Source: Amoebidium appalachense
Lineage: Eukaryota > Protista > Ichthyosporea
DNA: 64,000 nucleotides
Assembly: GCA_963693365.1 (NCBI GenBank)
Contig: CAVNZM010000008.1
Coordinates: forward strand, 558,001-622,000
Reading direction: 5' to 3'
Position numbers and translations under genes: made by a program. Position 1 is the first letter of the stretch, and every line of letters starts with the position of its first letter. The notes below the pieces were generated by a model. It was not told the origin of the DNA and did not search any database. It was given only the letters and a program-made list of their open reading frames with translations. Positions 54,788 to 64,000 of the stretch are shown piece after piece.

Positions 54788-55702
54788 GTGTGTGTCTGTC
54801 TCAATCTCTCTTCAGCAAACCCTCTCTCATCCTCCCCCTCCCCCTCTCTGCCCTCTCCCCTCCTCCCCCCAAACGCCGTGTCTCCCTCATCTCTCTCTTT
54901 CCTCCTCTCTCGGTCAATGCCTTCTCTATCAGAGACAAGTCTGTCTCTCCCTATCCCTCCCCCGCCCTCACCCCCTCTCCCCACCATCATTTTCACTCTC
55001 TACGCTTTCGGTTTCTTGAGTTGGCGCACGTTTTTTGTCTCTTTTTCATTGCAGGCGTGTTGGAGGAAGGAAAGGAGAGAAAGGAGAGAGAGACTGAGAG
55101 ACTAAGGGGAAAAGAGTGTGCCGGGGGGGGGGGGGGGGGGGGAGGGGGGGGGGGGAGGGGGGGAGGGGGGGAGGGGTGGGGGTTGGGGGGATGGGGGGGG
55201 GGGGGGGGTGTAAGGGGGTGGGGGTGAAGGTGGGACGTCAATAGAGACACAAATGTCAAGATTGTGCAATTGATTAACCCATTTATTTGTGTACCAAAAC
55301 CATGATCAGGTTGCAAACAGTAATGTGTTCTACAGGCCACAAATACTATCTATAGCTAGTTATTAATAATATCAAAGGTTTCAAAGCTTTGCACCACAAC
55401 TACGTATACGCTCAGTTAGGTCGGGCCGGGCAACTTGGTATAATATAGAACCTAAAACTAGATCACCCAACACACTGGTACTCATGCACAACAGGTAGCC
55501 GATTGGTGTTGTAAGAACAAGAACAACATCTCAGATGCAGGATAAATAAAGCATCATTGGGCAGACAGATGCAGGTTCATGTGGCCCACCATTATCTAGC
55601 TAATTGGAATATGAAAACTATAGATAGAAGATGCATGTCTCATACAAAAAAGGCATCACAATTCAAACCGTTTCCCAGTACTAAAGCCAACACCGATGTC
55701 AC

Positions 55703-56281
55703 CTATGCGGCAGCCTGCTGTGTGGCGGTGCTTGTGACTGTTTCCGTGAGGGTTGTGGGCTGCAGCACGGTGCTGGTCTGCACGGCCGTGGTGGTGGCGA
55801 CCAGCGTGGACACAAGCGTTGCCGTCGCAGTCTCCGTGGCCGTCTCCGTGACCGTCGTGGGCACCGCCACCTCTTGCGTCTCCGTCACCGTGACAGGCGC
55901 GGGGGCGGGCTGTGTCTGCGTGAGCGTGGCTGTGACTGTGCGCCAGTGCACCTCGGTGGCCACCACGCTGCTTGTCACCGTGACCGTGGTGGCCGGGGGC
56001 GTCACGGTGGCTGTGGCCGTGACGTGCGCAGTGGTTGTGGCCGTCAGCGTGGCCGTGGTCGTGGAGACAAGCGTCTTTTCCGCCGTCTGCGTCACCGTCT
56101 TGGTCACCGTCTTGGTCACCGTCTTGGCCTTGGCCGCACCGACCAGCGGCTGGCTGTCGGCTGAAGGCGCCGTGGCCGGGCTCGCTGGAGCCACAAGGGC
56201 CGATGCAGAGGCGGTTGGGAGGATGGCGGCGGTGGCGGCAAGGCCGAAGAGCGCTGCGGAAAGGAGAGCCAGGCACTTCAT
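55703..56281 (-). CDS. Secreted Thr-rich mucin-like protein, copy 1 (192 aa)
   Basis: Signal peptide MKCLALLSAALFGLAATAA, a T/V-rich body and GC-rich third positions. Upstream TATAAA (56368-56373) and CCAAT boxes. Duplicated at 59024. Confidence 0.85.
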   Translation of the reverse strand: MKCLALLSAALFGLAATAAILPTASASALVAPASPATAPSADSQPLVGAAKAKTVTKTVTKTVTQTAEKTLVSTTTATLTATTTAHVTATATVTPPATTVTVTSSVVATEVHWRTVTATLTQTQPAPAPVTVTETQEVAVPTTVTETATETATATLVSTLVATTTAVQTSTVLQPTTLTETVTSTATQQAAA

Positions 56282-56664
56282 CTTGGTTGCCTGGGTGAGT
56301 TGTGTGGCTGTAATGGACCGGGTTGTGTTGTTTGGATTTCTGTCGACTGACTGAGGTTGTTGGCGTATTTATACCTGAGCAAGCGAGATTGGAATGTGAT
56401 TACAAAATATTATCCCCGTGGAACATTCCTAGATAAACGCGTTTGATTGGCGGAGAAGCTTATTGGGAGATGGCGAGATCTATCCAGGAGGCCTAGCTAG
56501 CCGCCTGACGCTGCCATATTGATATATATGCATGATGAAAGGGGCCCTATATTTATAGTCTAATATCGTCTCCCTCCCTTACTGTTGTATTTCAGTATGC
56601 TATTGGAAAATTTAGAGAGGGAGAGGAAGCGAAAGAGAGAGAGAGGGAAGGGGGGGGGGGGGGG

Positions 56665-56823
<159 letters not shown>

Positions 56824-56849
56824 GAGAGAGAAAGAGAGTCTCTCTGTGT

Positions 56850-56880
<31 letters not shown>

Positions 56881-56887
56881 GGGGGGG

Positions 56888-56929
<42 letters not shown>

Positions 56930-56944
56930 AAGAGAAGAAAGAGG

Positions 56945-56982
<38 letters not shown>

Positions 56983-57095
56983 CAGAGAGAGCAAGGGAAA
57001 TTCAACCTACGTACGTGAATGTGTACTCTGGTGTGTGGGGTGTGTATGTGCGTGTATATGTGCGTGTGTGTGTGGGTTTGTGTGTGGTTCTGTGT

Positions 57096-57178
<83 letters not shown>

Positions 57179-57235
57179 GTTTGTTGTGTATGTGTGTGTA
57201 CGTGCACCTGTTAATGTGTGTGTGTCTGTGTGTGT

Positions 57236-57267
<32 letters not shown>

Positions 57268-57696
57268 CTGTGTGTGTGTGTACTGTTTGTTGTGTATGGG
57301 TGTGTACGCACACCTGTTAATGTGTGTGTGCGTGCGTATTTAAGTCAGTGTGTGTCCTTGGTAGTTCCGGAGAGCAAGAGAGAACTTAATGGAAATGAGA
57401 TGTACATGGAAATTCGTTTTTTTTTATATTTTTATGTTATCCCGTTTTGTATCCGGAGGGACCTCTTGGGCCCTCAGGGGGAACTACCGTCTTCCACCCA
57501 GCACCAACTAGGGTGCTACGGTATTATTAGCTAAGCCAACACACCTTTAAACAATCCTAACTATTTTCACACACTTAACCCAAGATATTCACTACATTGA
57601 ATTTCACACAGGTTGATTTATGAAGCCATGCAGAACTTGGGAGTTCACACTCTCTCTCACTCTATTATGTTAGTATGTTCGAAGGTCTCTCTCTCG

Positions 57697-57861
<165 letters not shown>

Positions 57862-58244
57862 TGCATGTATGTGTGCTCGTGTGCGTGTGCCATCATGACG
57901 TGTTTGCGCATGCACCGTGTGTGTTGTGAACACGGCCCTCTGCACATCACTGCCCTCTAAACACCGTGGTTAGGCTGTAGCACTCTATAGTGTCGTTCGT
58001 GTGTTATTGTGTGTACACGTGTGTAGTTTTTAGTTGTATTGCCACACACGTGCACAGCTTTGCACTTGTGTGTGTGTTTTTTCGTTGTGTGCACCATGCC
58101 AAATGTGTGTGTGTGTGTGTGTGTGTACACGTGTGTGCTCGAGGATCCCCCCTTCCCTCCCCCCCTTTTTTCTCCCAGCTCTCAGAGGCGCACACGCGCG
58201 CACGTGCGCCCGCACACACGCACACGTACGCACACACACACGTG

Positions 58245-58311
<67 letters not shown>

Positions 58312-59023
58312 ACACATGTCACACACACACATGGCACACTCTTTCTCTCTCTCTATCTTGTCTCTCCCTCTGCCCCCCCCTCCTCCGGCTCTGTATACGT
58401 AATAGATCTATCTTACACCTTACGCTTTCTGACTGCCTGTAACGTTTGGGCCCTCTTTTGTGTGTTTGTTTGTGTTAGGCGAAGGAAGCCAAAAAAAAGA
58501 GAGTCTGAATGGTGGCGAGCGATAGTAAAAGCTGGGTCCAGGGGAGGGGGGTAGGGGGGAGGGGTGCGGAGGGGATAAAGGCTTAGAGGGGATACTTCTG
58601 CACATACAGCTTGGTACTTGATATACATGGACAGCTCAAAGTTTATAATGAACGTTAAACCATTACGACTTCTAATATCAGGCTAGCCTCAGTTTGAGGC
58701 AATTGTAGCTCAGTCAATATTTAAAAAAAATACTGCAGCAACATTATCTACTAGTACTGAGTTATGTGAATCCATCCATTATTGATAGTAAATTTGGTCA
58801 TGCATATGTGCAACAGGCGACCGACTGGTCTGAGAATCATACTATCACCAGTTGTAGTTGAAGATCTATGATAATTATTATTCAATGATGATGGGGATAG
58901 AATAAATAATCGATGGTTCTTCCCAGGCCGTAACACTATATATATACAGAATCTACGTGTGGCTGCACGCAGTGCCCTAATGTATTTCTTCTAACAATGC
59001 AATTCCTAGGGCAGTAGCGTCAC

Positions 59024-59593
59024 CTATGCGGCAGCCTGCTGTGTGGCGGTGCTTGTGACTGTTTCCGTGAGGGTTGTGGGCTGCAGCACGGTGCTGGTCT
59101 GCACGGCCGTGGTGGTGGCGACCAGCGTGGACACAAGCGTTGCCGTCGTAGTCTCCGTGGCCGTCTCCGTGACCGTCATGGGCACCGCCACCTCTTGCGT
59201 CTCCGTCACCGTGACAGGCGCAGGGGCGGGCTGTGTCTGCGTGAGCGTGGCTGTGACTGTGCGCCAGTGCACCTCGGTGGCCACCACGCTGCTTGTCACC
59301 GTGACCGTGGTGGCCGGGGGCGTCACGGTGGCTGTGGCCGTGACGTGCGCAGTGGTGGTGGCCGTCAGCGTGGCCGTAGTCGTGGAGACAAGCGTCTTTT
59401 CCGCCGTCTGCGTCACCGTCTTGGTCACCGTCTTGGTCACCGTCTTGGCCTTGGCCGCACCGACCAGCGGCTGGCTGTCGGCTGAAGGCGCGCTCGCTGG
59501 AGCCACAAGGGCCGCTGCAGAGGCGGTTGGGAAGGTGGCGGCGGCGGCAGCAAGGCCGAAGAGCGCTGCGGAAAGGAGAGCCAGGCACTTCAT
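59024..59593 (-). CDS. Secreted Thr-rich mucin-like protein, copy 2 (189 aa)
   Basis: Near-identical to 55703-56281, with an in-frame 9-bp indel and a shared ~180-bp upstream region. Confidence 0.85.
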   Translation of the reverse strand: MKCLALLSAALFGLAAAAATFPTASAAALVAPASAPSADSQPLVGAAKAKTVTKTVTKTVTQTAEKTLVSTTTATLTATTTAHVTATATVTPPATTVTVTSSVVATEVHWRTVTATLTQTQPAPAPVTVTETQEVAVPMTVTETATETTTATLVSTLVATTTAVQTSTVLQPTTLTETVTSTATQQAAA

Positions 59594-59927
59594 CTTGGTT
59601 GCTTGGTTGAGTTGTGTGGCTGTAATTAACCGGGTTGTGTTGTTTGGTTTTCTGTCGACTGACTGAGTTGTTGGCCTACTTATACCTGAGCAAGCGAGAT
59701 TGGAATGTGATTACAAATTTTGTTCCCCATGGAACATTCCTAGATGAACGCGATTTGATTGGCGGAGATGTTTGTTGGGACAACTTGGGAGATGGCAGCG
59801 AGCTTGCGATGTTATTTTGTTTGTTTACGTCTCGCTCCCTTACCGTCGTCGGTTGGCCGACGCCCTGGCAGGTGTTTTTTTGAACTGTTTGTGGGCTGGT
59901 CTCACCCTCTCTCACACACACCCTCGA

Positions 59928-59981
<54 letters not shown>

Positions 59982-60228
59982 ACACACACACCTACCCACC
60001 CCCCCCCCCCCGGGGTTTCTGTTTCTCTCTCTTTCCTCCTTCTCTATCTAACTCTCTCCCTCCCTTCTCTCTCTCCCTCCCTCTCTCCCTCTCCCTCCCC
60101 CCCCTCCCCCCCCCCCCTCTCTCTCTCACTCTCTCTCTCTCTCTAGAGCTCCCCACCCCCTTCTACTCTCCACCTCTCCCTCCCACCCACCCTCCCACCC
60201 ATCCTCCCTTCCCCCTCCCCCCCCGCCT

Positions 60229-60301
<73 letters not shown>

Positions 60302-60468
60302 CCTCTCCCTCCCCCCCCTCCCCCCCTCTCTCCCTGTTTCTCCCTCTTCTCCCCGCTCTCCCCACTCTCTCCCTCTCTCTCCATATCTCTCAGCTCGCAC
60401 ACACGCACAAGCACACACACACACACACGAATACACGCACACATACACACGCACACACAGGTACACAC

Positions 60469-60510
<42 letters not shown>

Positions 60511-61039
60511 ACTCACATACACACACACACACACACACACACCGGAACAGTCACACCCACCGTCACCGTATACCTAACAGTCACACACACACGCGCGCTA
60601 TGCGCGCGCACACACACACAGTCACACTTACCTCCAGAGTCTAGCGGTTGAAGCTGGGAGAAAACGTAAACAACATTACCCCGCAGGAACCACAAAAAGA
60701 CAACATGTAATTAGACAGGAAAAAACTTATACCCAACGATCTGAACATATTTTTTGGTGTGACTGGTACGTGTTTAAGAGCGGACGGAGAGAAGACCCTA
60801 CAACCGTACAGAGTGTGGTCGTGATTGCACGGAGTAACGAAATCAGAAAATGGTTGTTGGCGGATTGCATTCCACTGGACTGACTTTGCCTGGGCACACA
60901 GAGGAGACGCGTGTAGTGTGCCATTGAAAATGCCTCATCTAACGTATTTGTTACGTGTGACTGTTATTCAACATGTAACAAGTGAACACGGATTGAGACA
61001 CGATATCTAGAAGTCTACTTTTTTGGTGTGTCTGTCTGT

Positions 61040-61109
<70 letters not shown>

Positions 61110-61586
61110 AAGAAAGCATCAATGCTCTCTCTCTCTGTGGGTGGGTGGGTGAGGGGTGAGGGGGAAGGGGGAGGGGGGGGGAGGCTGGGAGCTTCGGTCG
61201 CTTTGCACTTTGTGCTTGTGTGGTCGCTACATTTGGTAGATAAACGGTGTGTGTTGTATTAATCCGCGTGCGTACATGTGTGTGGGGGGGTTGTTGTTTC
61301 GTCTGTGTCTGTCTGTGTCTTGTGTTCGTGTGTGTGTGTGCTTGTGTGCATGTGTGCGCCTGTGTGTGTTTGTGGCATGTTTGTGTATGTGTGCTCGTGT
61401 GTGGGTATCCCTACGTGTGTTGATTATGCCGCAGCGGATTGTTTCTGAGATCCAAGGCCGGATGGATGCATGTGTTCGGTATGCAATGACTGTGGGGATG
61501 GTGGTGATGCGCCAAGTCTTGGTAGGTGAACGACGGAGGAGGTTGTCTATTGTTATTGTTGTTATTTTTGTGGCTGTGTGTATGTT

Positions 61587-61630
<44 letters not shown>

Positions 61631-61807
61631 GGGGGGGGAGGGAGGGAGGAGGGAGGGCACATTGGCATGTTGTTGGTTCGTCTTATTGGGCAAGTGTATT
61701 AATGTGCACGCACATGGCCAGCATGGGGTGTCTGTTGCCCCCGTTTTCTCGGTCTCAGCACATTTGGTGCCATGCACATTATCTGAGACGTGCATCTATT
61801 GAACTAT

Positions 61808-61839
<32 letters not shown>

Positions 61840-62695
61840 CCTGTCCTTCTCTTGGGAGGGCGAGTTGGATGGGGTAGGAGGAAGGCGTACTGGAGGGGGG
61901 GGGGGGGGGGGGGGGGAGGCCGGTACCGTAGAATAGTAGGTATCGTTGGGCGGGTCCAAAAAATGGGGGAAAAAACGAAGGACTGCGCAGCAATAAAACA
62001 TGGGCTCCGCAGTAGCCAACAGCGCACAGATATAACCATGTATGGCTACTCAGTGCATTCTCCAATTGGCTGTTCTATGCTATTTCCTCTGGCAGGGGCC
62101 GGCCTGTTCACCAGGAAGGCAAGCCGGCCCACTAACCGTTGTAGACCCCCCCACCCCTACCCCTTCCCCCCCCCCCCCCCCCCCTGGTATCCGGTAAGTT
62201 ATGTTCTGTTACAAACTGCATGACGACCCACCTATATCTATCTGGTGTTGTGTATGACCTGTGTGCATGTGCTTGCCTGCCGCACGCAGTTTGAAAGAAT
62301 GTGTGTGTGATTATGTAAGACTATTATTAATAAAGATCCTATCGCAGGTTAGGACTGTCAGTATGTGCTTTTGTGTGGTGGCGCGCAAACTAAGCGCGTG
62401 CAGCTCTTACGTATTAAATGTTAGTCAAAAACACTATCGGGTTTATGTTGTGGTGTTGGATGTTGCTATGCAGTGAAGAGAATAGACCCACCGATGTGCT
62501 ATGATTCCTTATGTGTTTTCAGCTATATATCTACACGTATATCTATCTACTTTCAACCATTATTTCCAAAACAAACACTTAGCAACTGTTTGTCCTTCAA
62601 AAACCCACTCGCATCAACCCCCAATAGCTTCACACACTCACAAGCTCGCACCCTACCCATTCACAGTGCACATTCCACCCCATCCAACGGCCCAA

Positions 62696-64000
62696 TCACA
62701 TCTCGCCTTTCTCGACCACCTGGTTCTCCCTTCTTGCCCGCCTGTTTCTATTGGACACTGCAGCATAAACCTTGCCTATGGGCATATCTCTGTAGATGCG
62801 ATAGAACTCTTCCAACCCCCCACAGCGCTGGTATTCCTCGTAAAGTTTCTTGCGCTGTGAATAGATGCTGCGCTCCTTCCTGATTGGTGGTTGCTAAGAT
62901 GAGCATTGGCTAAGAGATTTAAGCGGTTGCCCCCCCCCCCCCCCCCCCCCCCCCCCGCCCGCCCCCTCCCTTCCCCTTCCCCCCCTTCCCCCACTCCTCC
63001 CTCCCCCCCTTCCCCCCCCCCCCCCCCCCCCCCCCCCCGGAGAAGAACATGGTTACCCCGGGGTATCCATTCACTGTTCCTACTTTCGTTTTCTCCTACT
63101 CATGTGAGCCACATGCCAGTGCCGCCCCCCCCCCCCTCCCCCCCCCCCCCCCCCCTCTCCCTCCCCCCCCCCCCCCCCCTCCCCCCCCCCCTCCCCCCCC
63201 CCCCCCCCTCCCGGGGCCCCACCACACCACACCACTGCAACCGGCCAATGCCCCCCCAACCACCCCCCTTCACACTCCACCCCACTTTTCTCGTGTCTTC
63301 CCTCCCCCACCACACGTATCATTTGCACTAACGCCCAATCCTACCACCGATGCCACCAGAGCAAAACGGACACCAAAGCAGCATGTGGTTTGAGGTGAAA
63401 ACAAGTGAATTCAAATCATCCGTACCACCACAATCACTTGTACGATTCCACTGGTAGAATTATCGGGAAGGAAAGGGGGGAGAGGGTGGGGGGTGGGGGG
63501 TGGGGAGGGGGTGGGAGGAGGAGTAGGTATGCATCAGAAGGTTAACCGGTGGAAATATGGAAGTAGGGACATCACAAGCCAAAATACAAAACGACACAAA
63601 AACACAATAAGCAGAACAACCAGCTCCCTGTCCCCCCCCTCCCCCCCCCCCAAAAAAAAAAAAAAAACGGCGCGGGGGGAGGGGGGGGGGGGGGGGAGGG
63701 GGGAGGAGGGGGGAGGGGGGAGGGATGGAGGAGGAAGAGGGGGGAAGAGGGAGGGGGGTGGAGGCAGGCAGAAGACACGTGCATTGCCCATCCCCAGGCA
63801 TCGGACTATGTGTCGAAGAAAAGACTTGAGCACATTCGACACGATTTACAAAATCCCGATCCAGATATCCCGTAACATAATAGCACAATGTGTTTACACA
63901 CGCATACACACACACCAGAAACACGTGCACACATACCTGCGCATCTCCACCGTCCAATCCTTGAGGGCCGGACACCTTGGGCCATCGCCAACCTCCCATT
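62696..64000 (-). CDS. 3' end of a gene entering from the right edge; possible GCR1_C/Crypton-like DNA-binding C-terminal domain
   Basis: Exon 64000-63937 (WEVGDGPRCPALKDWTVEMR, GTATGT donor) splices in phase to 62879-62696 (RKERSIYSQRKKLYEEYQRCGGLEEFYRIY...GEM*). Confidence 0.6.

Noticed and set aside
61249-62223. 324-aa plus-strand ORF
   Set aside because: Low-complexity GT/G-rich sequence with no recognisable motif.

Overview
Eukaryotic nuclear DNA in which short exons are buried in introns full of (CA)n/(GT)n, (CT)n and poly-G/poly-C tracts, so most supplied ORFs are repeat artefacts. I assembled genes by hand from splice sites and reading-frame phase. The gene content (GRIPAP1 next to Atg29) suggests a unicellular opisthokont, possibly an ichthyosporean-type holozoan (inference only). 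In order: (1) a GRIPAP1/GRASP-1-like coiled-coil gene (minus, runs off the left edge); (2) PTRHD1; (3) a probably myristoylated DCN1-like gene with an intronic tRNA-Ala; (4) an Atg29 homologue; (5) a foldback element carrying a captured PP4R3/SMEK exon; (6) an 11-exon, ~1051-aa fusion of SelW-like Rdx (CxxC), glutaredoxin (CPHC), DUF4395, a SLAC1/TehA-type anion channel and hemerythrin, the best candidate for an undescribed system; (7) an intronless glycosyltransferase-like gene; (8) two duplicated secreted Thr-rich proteins; (9) the 3' end of a gene with a possible GCR1_C/Crypton-like domain at the right edge. All family calls come from motif recognition, with no database searches.
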